This document shows positions 17,641 to 26,227 of a DNA stretch of 64,000 nt, piece by piece (positions within the stretch are counted from its first letter, which is position 1; the number at the start of each line of letters is the position of its first letter). The notes under the pieces were generated by a model, which was given only the letters and a program-made list of their open reading frames with translations, was not told the origin of the DNA and ran no database searches. The stretch comes from a virus, in IMG/VR virus record IMGVR_UViG_3300027747_001183. One strand, given 5' to 3'. The position numbers and the translations under genes were made by a program.

Positions 17641-18770
17641 TCCGAAACCCTCTTTATAAAGTCCTCTGCCGTCTCTTTGACGATCCACTCTTTTTCTTCT
17701 TGTAGAAGAGAAACCACTTTATTGAAATTATCATGATCTCTAATAAATGTCAACTTATCTATGAATTCCTCCCGATCTTTAAAGTACAAGACGTGATTTA
17801 AGTAGTCGCTCTTCATGAACGTCTTCTTATCATCTACTGTCTGGTCGATCAGCATAGCTTTAGAAACGGTGAGACCTTGCAAGAACCGGTGATTAATTCC
17901 GGTGTTGTTCTGCATGGCGTTTCCGATGACGAGAGATGCTATGTGGTCCTCGTATATCTTCGAGACGTTTTCGAGAGATACCCTGACGTTGCTGTTATCC
18001 CTGAACTTAGCGATCTTTCCATAGAAGTTAATGAGCCCGTCTTTCTCTGCTTTTGAGTTGAACAAGTTAAGCTCATTGAGTCTGCGATGGCGCGATCGCT
18101 TGTTTGACCCGATGTAGCACACCGACTTCTTCAGCTCGCTGAATGATGGCTCAAAGAAGTTGTAGTAAGGCTCGCGTACATTGAATAGGTGCTCTCTCCA
18201 GGAGTCGATAAACTCGACTTCGTGGAACCTAGCGTGAATTGGATGATTGCGTATTGGATACGCTGAGCGCACGAAGAGGTTCTCTTTCTTCGTCTTGTAT
18301 ATGTTGTCCTCTAGCATGGACTTGGGGAAGTGCTTCTGCTTGTCCTCCATCGTCATCGGTGGAGAACCCATGTAAGTCAAGTTAGCAGTTAATACGTAGA
18401 GCTTCTCGTAGAACTTCTTGATGTACTCACCTTTGGCCATCTCTGGGTCGCAGAAGAAGTAGCTTATCCTTCCCTTGAACTTACAGAGGGAGTTGATCGT
18501 GAAGATGTGGTACTTGTTGATCTCACCACCAAAGAAGTTCGGTTCCTCTCTGTTCATGAGAAGCTCGTCGAACTGGTCAACATCGACGTCGCGGTGGACT
18601 GTCCTGTACTTCTTACTTGAGATGTCGTCGTTCACTAAGATGTAGGGCTCATGTCCCTGCTTCTCAAGAGCTAGGTACACACCGCAGATCTCCTCCACGG
18701 TATTGTTTGTCGGCTTGTCGTCGATGATCTGTATGCCGACGTCGGTTAGGAATATGAGTATCTTAGCCAT
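17637..18770 (-). CDS. DNA beta-glucosyltransferase-like protein (T4 BGT homologue)
   Basis: DVDVDQFDEL, NFFGG, ISYFFCD, ASLVIG and AMLID match recalled T4 BGT segments in the same order. Confidence 0.75.
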   Translation of the reverse strand: MAKILIFLTDVGIQIIDDKPTNNTVEEICGVYLALEKQGHEPYILVNDDISSKKYRTVHRDVDVDQFDELLMNREEPNFFGGEINKYHIFTINSLCKFKGRISYFFCDPEMAKGEYIKKFYEKLYVLTANLTYMGSPPMTMEDKQKHFPKSMLEDNIYKTKKENLFVRSAYPIRNHPIHARFHEVEFIDSWREHLFNVREPYYNFFEPSFSELKKSVCYIGSNKRSRHRRLNELNLFNSKAEKDGLINFYGKIAKFRDNSNVRVSLENVSKIYEDHIASLVIGNAMQNNTGINHRFLQGLTVSKAMLIDQTVDDKKTFMKSDYLNHVLYFKDREEFIDKLTFIRDHDNFNKVVSLLQEEKEWIVKETAEDFIKRVSE

Positions 18771-19170
18771 GTATGTAGTTCCTGCATAATTCGAGTTGCT
18801 CTAGCTCAAACTTAGGGTCGTTGAGCTTTCTATTTAGCCCGCTTGGATGTGGTAGTACGAAGTGATCGATGTTCAGCTTCTTGAGAGCGCTCGACGGGAA
18901 GTTCCCGAGAGCAACTACTCTATCATATCCAGCTGCGCTCTTAGAGAGTCGATCGTAGTCGATGTCTGCTCTAGTGTAGGGTCCTGCTTCGGAGATGCAG
19001 TTAGTAAATGATACGATTCCAGCTCCTATTCTATCGATCCAGAGTGGGAGCCTCCTCATAGTAGTATTTAGCTTTAAGTTCTTAGCAGAAGATGGATTGA
19101 TCCCCACAATCAGCACGCGCCGAGACGCCAGCTTCTTTGAAGATGTCCATCGTGATCTTGAACGAGTCAT
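18763..19170 (-). CDS. Short uracil-DNA-glycosylase-superfamily protein (true start probably ~19116)
   Basis: VLIVGINPS (motif A), VVALG and LPHPSG (motif B). Confidence 0.75.
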   Translation of the reverse strand: MTRSRSRWTSSKKLASRRVLIVGINPSSAKNLKLNTTMRRLPLWIDRIGAGIVSFTNCISEAGPYTRADIDYDRLSKSAAGYDRVVALGNFPSSALKKLNIDHFVLPHPSGLNRKLNDPKFELEQLELCRNYIHG

Positions 19171-19531
19171 TCCACTTCTCTCTGATGTTTTCTGGATAGC
19201 ACATGAAGACTCTCTTGATGCCTACTTGGACAACTCCTTTAGCGCACTCAGAACACACAGGAAGGCCGCTAACATAAAGATCTGCATTATCGAGGCTAAC
19301 TCCATTTAGAGTGGCGTTGTATATGCAGTTCATCTCTGCGTGCACAACGAACTTGTACTTCTGTTCCCTGTTAGAGAGCCTATCATTGGTGTCAGCTATG
19401 CCTCGGGGGAATCCGTTGTATCCCTGAGATAGGATCTGCCCTCCCTTACCAACAGCTACGGCGCCGACTTTAGTGCTAGGGTCCTTGGACCAGCAAGCGA
19501 TGTGGCCCGCTAAGTCCAAGTACTTGTTCAT
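19082..19531 (-). CDS. cd: dCMP deaminase
   Basis: SKDPSTKVGA, GYNG, HAEMN and PVCSEC; start approximate. Confidence 0.92.
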   Translation of the reverse strand: MNKYLDLAGHIACWSKDPSTKVGAVAVGKGGQILSQGYNGFPRGIADTNDRLSNREQKYKFVVHAEMNCIYNATLNGVSLDNADLYVSGLPVCSECAKGVVQVGIKRVFMCYPENIREKWNDSFKITMDIFKEAGVSARADCGDQSIFC

Positions 19532-19538
19532 CCAGCTC

Positions 19539-20186
19539 TCAGAGAACGAGGTCAAAGTGCCTCTCATAGATGTGCAGCGAAGCCGCGTTCCAATAGATAT
19601 TTCCAGTCTCGTAGCCGAGCTCATCGCACATGCGATCGAGCACGTATCTCTGCCACGCTCGATCGTTCTTGTAACCATAGATCACGTCGTTAGAACGCAT
19701 GTACACGAGAGCATGCAGGCGATTGTGGCGGATCATGTACTGAACTGTGTTGGTGCACATGAAGTCGCTCATGCCGTCGCGATTGTACTCACTCCACATT
19801 GTTGGACGGGTGTAGATCATCACCGCCCGACGAGACTCAGGGTTCATCTGAAGCTCGGAGACGACGTTGTCGTATTGAGCGTGGTTCTCATCCGACCACA
19901 CGCACCAGCCGTAGTTGGAGTTGATCTCACCATTCTCACTCGACACCTGCTGCCAGATCGCTGGAGGCCCGCCGGGAATATCGTTGACGTTGAGAGACAT
20001 CGACTCGTACCACTCGATCTCGCGCATGACGTAGTCTTCGTTGACTGTGCCAAAGATCGTGGGCTCATAGGCGATGAACGATGCGTTCATGATCTCGAGC
20101 ATCTTGACGCCGCTCTTGTCGCGAACGAAGTTGTTGTTCTCAAGATCATAGTGAAAAGTCGCTCGGATGTCCGGTATGGTCATCAT
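19539..20186 (-). CDS. 42: dCMP hydroxymethylase (T4 gp42 homologue)
   Basis: GEINSNYGW, SRRAVMIYTRP, GMSDFMCTNTVQY and MRSND closely match T4 gp42; Asp in YKND is the dCMP-specifying position. Confidence 0.93.
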   Translation of the reverse strand: MMTIPDIRATFHYDLENNNFVRDKSGVKMLEIMNASFIAYEPTIFGTVNEDYVMREIEWYESMSLNVNDIPGGPPAIWQQVSSENGEINSNYGWCVWSDENHAQYDNVVSELQMNPESRRAVMIYTRPTMWSEYNRDGMSDFMCTNTVQYMIRHNRLHALVYMRSNDVIYGYKNDRAWQRYVLDRMCDELGYETGNIYWNAASLHIYERHFDLVL

Positions 20187-20548
20187 TTGTTGCGGTCTTT
20201 CTCATAGTAGTATTGCGAGTGCTGCTTTGGATTATTGAATATGTCGCGCGTTTGATCTTGACCTTCGATGCCGCCACGAATCCAAGCGACCGCGAACGAT
20301 GCGTAGTTGATGAGATCTTTGTACGTATCTTCAAGAGACTCAAAGTTCGCTTGATCCGCACGGCCAGACTCAAGGAGCGACTGAGCGCGATAGAGCTTGC
20401 CTTGGAGAGTATCGTGGATTGAGTCTATGCCGCGACGATAGTGCATCGCCTGCTTTACGTTTGAGTTTGGGTTCTGATAGTCCTGAGACTTCTTGATCTG
20501 CAGGTCCATGCACTCTCTGAGTACCTTTACTGATTCTTTATCGCTCAT
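20183..20548 (-). CDS. Nucleotide-modification-associated all-alpha protein (DUF1599/Nmad1-like)
   Basis: KKSQDY...FESLEDTYKDLINYA. Confidence 0.75.
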   Translation of the reverse strand: MSDKESVKVLRECMDLQIKKSQDYQNPNSNVKQAMHYRRGIDSIHDTLQGKLYRAQSLLESGRADQANFESLEDTYKDLINYASFAVAWIRGGIEGQDQTRDIFNNPKQHSQYYYEKDRNK

Positions 20549-21123
20549 GCTGCTGCTCCATCAAAATAAACGTGATCGCGGTAGAAGGCATCGCCTGTCT
20601 TTACCGCGTTATGGTGGTCATAGTAAGATTTATTGGTGTAGTTAGAAGGGCGCACGTACTTCTCAAAAGTCTTTGCATCTGCAACTAAGTGAAATGCTAC
20701 CGTATAGAAAGACGGAGTGCGAAACACCTTTCCGGATACAAAGTAGTCGACGATGTCGACGTTCTTCATGAAGGTGTTGATGTCTTTGTAGTTAAAGCTG
20801 AACCACTTCTCAGCCCATCGCTTGCACTCAAAAGTGCAGTTATTCTCGTCAATCAAGTCATACGCGTACGAGTGACGATTAGTCTTATCAAACTCAAGTG
20901 GGTTGAGAGGAATTCCAGTCAGCTGTGCGAGCGCGTGCTCGACGACCATCTTCTCGACAGACTCGTGCACGGTCTTAAAATTTCGCTTAGATGAGTTTCG
21001 TACTGGACAGCGGTATATTTCGTTTGCAATGTCGTTGAACTTCTTGTTAAGTTCTTCAGTACGCTTTACTTTTACAGGTTCTGCGGCCAAGATAATGCCG
21101 GCGTAGTATGCTAGATCTTTCAT
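20545..21123 (-). CDS. Hypothetical protein, possible PD-(D/E)xK nuclease
   Basis: VVEHAL..YDLI..FECK; has its own early promoter and AGGAG RBS. Confidence 0.55.
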   Translation of the reverse strand: MKDLAYYAGIILAAEPVKVKRTEELNKKFNDIANEIYRCPVRNSSKRNFKTVHESVEKMVVEHALAQLTGIPLNPLEFDKTNRHSYAYDLIDENNCTFECKRWAEKWFSFNYKDINTFMKNVDIVDYFVSGKVFRTPSFYTVAFHLVADAKTFEKYVRPSNYTNKSYYDHHNAVKTGDAFYRDHVYFDGAAA

Positions 21124-21164
21124 GGTAGTCTCCTAATTAAGCACTCAGTGCAGGTTACTATGTT

Positions 21165-21193
21165 AATATAGACTAATTCTGGAAAAATGTCAA
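21165..21193 (-). promoter_or_regulatory. Sigma70-type early promoter heading the DNA-modification operon
   Basis: TTGACA-N17-TATATT. Confidence 0.75.
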
Positions 21194-21591
21194 CCAAAGA
21201 TTTTACGCAAAAACCCGTAATTATTTGAATGGCTTGGACCGACCCAGCCTTCTGGCTTGATTAAGTCTGGCAGTCCCAGAGGGTTCGGGCGACTAGACTT
21301 GATGCCGGTCTGCTTGGTCATGTTGGCTTTCAAGACCTCGTCCCAAGCCTTGTGAGAGTCGACTCCGAAGCCGTCCAGTGTACCGATGGCCACGACGCAG
21401 AGGTCGATCAGGGCATCTACCACGTCTTCTGCATTCTCTGCGTTCTTGAGCTCAGTCAGCTCTTCCATGAGGAAGTCGATGCGGAACTGCAGAAACTTCT
21501 TGAGTGTATCTTCATCCATCTTGTCGATGACGGGGTGCACTCCATAGTGTGCGTGCATCATCGTAATATCAGTAGCCCAGTCTTTAGACAT
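21190..21591 (-). CDS. MazG-like/PRA-PH-like nucleoside triphosphate pyrophosphohydrolase
   Basis: EELTEL..DALIDL..AWDEVLKANM..DLIKPEGW. Confidence 0.85.
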   Translation of the reverse strand: MSKDWATDITMMHAHYGVHPVIDKMDEDTLKKFLQFRIDFLMEELTELKNAENAEDVVDALIDLCVVAIGTLDGFGVDSHKAWDEVLKANMTKQTGIKSSRPNPLGLPDLIKPEGWVGPSHSNNYGFLRKIFG

Positions 21592-22120
21592 TAATCCACT
21601 CCGGTGTTGGTCGCTTTGTCCACTTGTGCATCTGCGACTTTCCAATCTTATAATAGTTTCTATAGTTTGTCAACGGGTCATCCGAGATGATGTACTCGGG
21701 AGCCATGCACGACGGCATAGGCGTCATGTTCCAGTCCTTGAGGTTGTTAGGAGCATAGAAGAGAGCGCCCATGAGCTTCTCGCATGCATGGACCTTGCCG
21801 TATCGATAAGTGTACTCGAAGTGCAGGGCCTTGAGATGCTCGTACAGCCACTTGTAGTTGCCGACCGTAGTACGGCACCAGACAGCAGAAGGGTGGTTGA
21901 CGTGGGTAGCCGAGTACAGCATCTCCTCGCGGACGTCGGGTAGCACCCAGCGCTTGACCTTGCGGCCGGTCTTTGTCTGACCGACGTATTCCGTGCCGTC
22001 GATTACGCGATGAGCAGTAGACAGAAGCTGCGTAGTCTCGAGGATCATCTTGACCACGTGCTTGTCCACCATCATGGTGGCAGCTTCTACTGGGTTCTCA
22101 TCGATGTAGAATATGTTCAC
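21584..22120 (-). CDS. Pyrimidine-dimer DNA glycosylase (DenV-like) family protein
   Basis: MNIFY..DKHVVKMILE..QLLSTAH..NHPSAVW..YRNYY. Confidence 0.75.
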   Translation of the reverse strand: MNIFYIDENPVEAATMMVDKHVVKMILETTQLLSTAHRVIDGTEYVGQTKTGRKVKRWVLPDVREEMLYSATHVNHPSAVWCRTTVGNYKWLYEHLKALHFEYTYRYGKVHACEKLMGALFYAPNNLKDWNMTPMPSCMAPEYIISDDPLTNYRNYYKIGKSQMHKWTKRPTPEWINV

Positions 22121-22383
22121 TTGTCTTTATCCTTATACTCGGCTTCGGCCTGCTCGATAGCTCTCGTCAGTGCAGTGTTTATCCATGACTCGATCTTGGA
22201 CTGAAGCTCTTCCGTTACAGAGCCGGGTTTCATCGGCTCAAGATCATTATTATCCGTTATCCGGTAAATGTCAACTGCTATTGCCATGCCTTCTTCATCT
22301 TCCGTGATAAAGTCGCCTTCTGGGAAGCATACAAAGTAGTCGTCGATTCGAAAGCCGTCAGTATTTGATAGTTGTTTTTCCAT
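22117..22383 (-). CDS. Hypothetical acidic protein
   Basis: 88-aa coupled ORF. Confidence 0.7.
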   Translation of the reverse strand: MEKQLSNTDGFRIDDYFVCFPEGDFITEDEEGMAIAVDIYRITDNNDLEPMKPGSVTEELQSKIESWINTALTRAIEQAEAEYKDKDK

Positions 22384-22873
22384 TGTAGAATCCTTTCATT
22401 GCTCTGTCGCGGTGGTACTTGTTTGCACGATTGAAGAATAGTATGCCGTTTAGGTGGTCTATCTCGTGCTGTACTACGCGCGCAGTAAGACCGTCGAACG
22501 TCTTTGTGTCAAATCCTCCTGAAGGAGTCTGAAACCGCAGCCGTACAGTATTAGACCTCTTTACCTTCACGTTGACTCCGGGGAATGAAAGGCAGCCTTC
22601 TTCTAGAAGGTTCTCTTCCTCGCTCTTGAAGACTAGCTTTGGGTTGAAGCATACGAAGTTATGGTCTAGACCTCGCATCGCAAATACGCGATAGGGAATC
22701 CCTATCTGGTTTGCAGAGAGACCGATGCTTTTATGCTCATTCATCTTCTCGAGCATCGTAGAAGACAACTCATAGGGATCTTGCTGGGGATTTGCAAAGT
22801 CAAACAGCTGAGTTGCCGTAGTAAGTATATCATTGGGGTACTTTATCAGTTCCATAATTTTATATTCACTCAT
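22358..22873 (-). CDS. def: Peptide deformylase
   Basis: IGLSANQ, EGCLS and QHEIDH. Confidence 0.95.
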   Translation of the reverse strand: MSEYKIMELIKYPNDILTTATQLFDFANPQQDPYELSSTMLEKMNEHKSIGLSANQIGIPYRVFAMRGLDHNFVCFNPKLVFKSEEENLLEEGCLSFPGVNVKVKRSNTVRLRFQTPSGGFDTKTFDGLTARVVQHEIDHLNGILFFNRANKYHRDRAMKGFYNGKTTIKY

Positions 22874-24585
22874 GCTGCTATCCTGCTGAAGTTGTTCTTC
22901 TTTTCAAACTTAATTACGTTGCTGAACTTGTCGACCATCTGGTCTACCTTGTGGCTGATGATGAACGTGTTGGTGTCTTGAGTCAGGTTACCGATGATCT
23001 TAAGAAACTCATCAGTGCCGTTAGAGTCAAGCGAGCCATCAAGGACTTCGTCCATAATAAGTACGTTAGTGCTAGCAGAGTTGCGCAGCTTAGCGATAGC
23101 TCTCCAAGTGAATAGGATAGCGAGGTTGATTCGCATCTTCTCTCCCTCAGAGAACGAGGCGTAGCTAAACTCATCCCTGAACCGTGACTTGATCTTCTCT
23201 TCAAAGTTCTCATCCATCTCAAAGTTAACGAAGAAGTCCATGGCAGACAGGTACTTATTGATAAGCTTGTTAATGACCGGTACGTACTGCTTGATGATCT
23301 TTGCCTTGATACCGTCGTCTCTCAGTACTCGAGAAGCTATTGATAGTGCTTCCTTGTCGCGGAGCAGCTCTGCTTTCTTGTCTACTAGAGTCTGTAGGCT
23401 CTCTTCGAGTTCGCGCATCTTGTCGTCGTTAGTGACGTATTCTTCGGTCTTTTTGTGAAGAAGCTCAATGTCGCCAGCAGCTCTCTTGCACTGTGCGAGT
23501 AGACCTGAAATACTGTTTGAGTGGGTGATCTTCTCGATATTGAGAGAAGTAATTTCAGATGAGATACTTGATATGACCTGTATACGCTGCTGGATATTGA
23601 GTATCTCTTCTCTAAGTTGCTCAATCCCAACGGCGATCTCTTCGAGTTGCGATTGTTTACTATCGACAGTCTCGCACTTAAAGGTATCATCGATGCCTTG
23701 CTTGCAAGTAGGGCAGTTATCATGTGCATTGAAGAACTCGATCTCACCTTTGAGTTTGGCAACTTTATCAGCAAGTTGGCCCTCGAGTATCTGTAGCTTC
23801 TTTTGCTTCTTGTTGACTTGGTCTTGATCGCCGATCTCATCGTTTAATTCTCCGATCTTTTCTTCCAGTTCAGCGATAGCATTCTTCTCAGCGTCGATCT
23901 TAGCCGTGTACTCACTAAGGTCACTCTTGAGTTTCTCGATCTGCTCAGTCGTGTTCTTCTGCATCGCTTCTTGATGCTGCTGCTGCATGGATATCTTCTC
24001 TGAAGTCAGGTCATGCTCATAGTCAGTCTTCATTAAAGCTTCACCGTTGAGACCAACTTTCTCTTTGAGCAGCGAGTTCATGATAGAGAAGATCTGGATG
24101 TCGAGCAGGTCCTCGATTACCTCACGACGCTGGCCAGTAGGAAGCTCCATGAACGGCACGAATGACGCCGATCCTAGCACCACTACTTGACAGAAGCTCT
24201 TGTGGTTGAGCTTGAGGATCTGCTTCTCAAGCACAGACTGATAGTCGCGAGCAGCTGCGTCTTGATTTAGCAGTGAGTTGTTGCGGTACACCTCAAAGAT
24301 GCCCGGCTTTAAGCCGCGCACGATCTTGTACATCGATGAGCCGATCTCAAACTCGATCTCGACTACTACGTCTCGCTTGTTAATCGAGTTCATCAGCTGA
24401 GACTTGTTTACCTTGCGGAACGGCTTGTTGTATAGTACAAAAGAAAGTGCGTCTAGCAGCGTAGACTTACCGGCACCGTTCTCACCTACTATAAGAGTAG
24501 TGTCTGCCTTGATGAGGTCGATCTCAGTGAATGTATTACCAGTAGATAAGAAGTTCTTCCAGCGTATCTTCTTAAAAAATATCAT
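22870..24585 (-). CDS. 46: Recombination endonuclease subunit gp46 (Rad50/SbcC-like)
   Basis: GENGAGKS, CPTC zinc hook, FSEGE and MDE. Confidence 0.96.
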   Translation of the reverse strand: MIFFKKIRWKNFLSTGNTFTEIDLIKADTTLIVGENGAGKSTLLDALSFVLYNKPFRKVNKSQLMNSINKRDVVVEIEFEIGSSMYKIVRGLKPGIFEVYRNNSLLNQDAAARDYQSVLEKQILKLNHKSFCQVVVLGSASFVPFMELPTGQRREVIEDLLDIQIFSIMNSLLKEKVGLNGEALMKTDYEHDLTSEKISMQQQHQEAMQKNTTEQIEKLKSDLSEYTAKIDAEKNAIAELEEKIGELNDEIGDQDQVNKKQKKLQILEGQLADKVAKLKGEIEFFNAHDNCPTCKQGIDDTFKCETVDSKQSQLEEIAVGIEQLREEILNIQQRIQVISSISSEITSLNIEKITHSNSISGLLAQCKRAAGDIELLHKKTEEYVTNDDKMRELEESLQTLVDKKAELLRDKEALSIASRVLRDDGIKAKIIKQYVPVINKLINKYLSAMDFFVNFEMDENFEEKIKSRFRDEFSYASFSEGEKMRINLAILFTWRAIAKLRNSASTNVLIMDEVLDGSLDSNGTDEFLKIIGNLTQDTNTFIISHKVDQMVDKFSNVIKFEKKNNFSRIAA

Positions 24586-25646
24586 GCTATCTCGTGTGCT
24601 TCAATGTAGAGTGACTGAATGATGTTCTCGACTCTCTTGTGATCGTTTACCGTCATGCTGCCGATGTAGCTGCGGATGATGCTGATCGTATCTTCTGCCT
24701 CGCTGACGATGTCAGTGTCGTCTGCTAGGTCTAGGTTGAGGTGGTCTTCTACCACCTGCAGGTCTGCCACTCCCGCTTTCTCTATCTTGTCTATCACTAG
24801 GTCAAACCAGTACGGGTTAGTCTTGTTCTTGACTACGATCTTGACGTAGCAGTTCTTATACTTGTCAGCGTCGAACACTATGACTTGATCTATTGTCTTG
24901 TTGAGGTCGTCGTAGAACATCTTATGAAAGATATTATATGGATTCTCAATAAATGTCAACCCCCTAGTTTTAGTATCAAGTACATGAAAACCCTTAGGAT
25001 CTCCGTGATCAGACCAATTATATTGAGCAGGAGTACCAAGATAAAAAATGTTAGAACTATTGGAACGAGTATGATAATGCCCAGAACAGACAAGATCGAA
25101 TTTATCAAAGATCTTAGGATCATCTCCATGGTCGCTCACGTGCCCCCTGTACATCTCGTAGCCGTTTAATTCTAGGTGACCCATGACTATGGGAGACTTA
25201 GAGTTCTTAATATTCTCAAAAGACTGCTCCCTGTTCTCATCGCAGATCCAAGGCAGCATTAATATATTGGTGCCGTCAAACATAACGTCGTGTGGGACGT
25301 CATCCCATACCCTGATGTTTGCGTAGTTCTCTTTGAGGAGTTCCTGTAGAGCGTTTACTCTGTTGGTGTTCTTATAGAACGTGTCGTGGTTACCTACGAT
25401 GATGTCCATTTGCAGGTCTTCTTCGAGAAGACGGTCTAGAAAGTCTTCCCTGAGTCTCTTTGCAGTAAGGTAGTTGATGTACTTACGACGATCGACGAGA
25501 TCGCCTAGATGGATGACGTGCTCGATGCCTGCACGCTTAATTTCAGGAAAGAAGATCTCGTCTAGAAACTTCTTCATCTGGTCGTGCATGATCGAGGAAT
25601 CGTTGCGGATTCCCCAGTGAGTATCGGTAATGAGTGCTATCTTCAT
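24582..25646 (-). CDS. 47: Recombination endonuclease subunit gp47 (Mre11-like)
   Basis: TDTHWG, GDLVD, GNHD and SGHYH. Confidence 0.96.
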   Translation of the reverse strand: MKIALITDTHWGIRNDSSIMHDQMKKFLDEIFFPEIKRAGIEHVIHLGDLVDRRKYINYLTAKRLREDFLDRLLEEDLQMDIIVGNHDTFYKNTNRVNALQELLKENYANIRVWDDVPHDVMFDGTNILMLPWICDENREQSFENIKNSKSPIVMGHLELNGYEMYRGHVSDHGDDPKIFDKFDLVCSGHYHTRSNSSNIFYLGTPAQYNWSDHGDPKGFHVLDTKTRGLTFIENPYNIFHKMFYDDLNKTIDQVIVFDADKYKNCYVKIVVKNKTNPYWFDLVIDKIEKAGVADLQVVEDHLNLDLADDTDIVSEAEDTISIIRSYIGSMTVNDHKRVENIIQSLYIEAHEIA

Positions 25647-26227
25647 TCACTTGTCTCATCGTCTTCGTTGATGCCAAAGTACTTGTCGAGTCCGATCTCA
25701 GCCTTCTTAGCCTTGACTTTCTCTTTCTTCTCGGCCTGCCTCTTGTCGTAGTTTGCTACTAAGTTCTGCATGTACTCGTTGTCGAGGTCTACGTTTACGT
25801 TCCTGTCCTCGTCACCGCCCTGATGATCTGCGAGCATGCCCTCGAAGTAGAAGTTCTCTAGGGTCTTCTGCTTGATGTAGAGGTGCTTCTTCTCACCGTT
25901 GATGCGAGTCAAGAAAGAGTAGTAGATGATCTGAGTAAAGTATGCGAAGGGGTTGCTCGACTTTTCTGGGTCGAAGTTGTCGAAGTACGCGATGCACTTC
26001 TCTAGACCGTCGGCGACCATGTCCTCGCGGAAAGTATAGTTGACGAAGTTAGGCTTGAGTGATAGCCTGAAGGCGATCTTATATAGACACTCGCCGAGGT
26101 AGGGAGGTATTCGAGGCTTCTGATTCTTTCCAGCCGCAGCTGCGTCTTTACACATCTGCTTGTAGTGCAGGATCTCGGTAAAGAACTTCTTGTTGTCTAC
26201 GTAGTGCTTAGCCGGTGCTCTTGCCAT
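25643..26227 (-). CDS. 55: Late-transcription sigma factor gp55
   Basis: HYVDNK, KPNFVNYTFREDM and NPFAYFTQI. Confidence 0.96.
   Translation of the reverse strand: MARAPAKHYVDNKKFFTEILHYKQMCKDAAAAGKNQKPRIPPYLGECLYKIAFRLSLKPNFVNYTFREDMVADGLEKCIAYFDNFDPEKSSNPFAYFTQIIYYSFLTRINGEKKHLYIKQKTLENFYFEGMLADHQGGDEDRNVNVDLDNEYMQNLVANYDKRQAEKKEKVKAKKAEIGLDKYFGINEDDETSE

Noticed and set aside
19539-20186. Thymidylate synthase
   Set aside because: The sequence follows T4 gp42 closely and has Asp at the dCMP-specifying position
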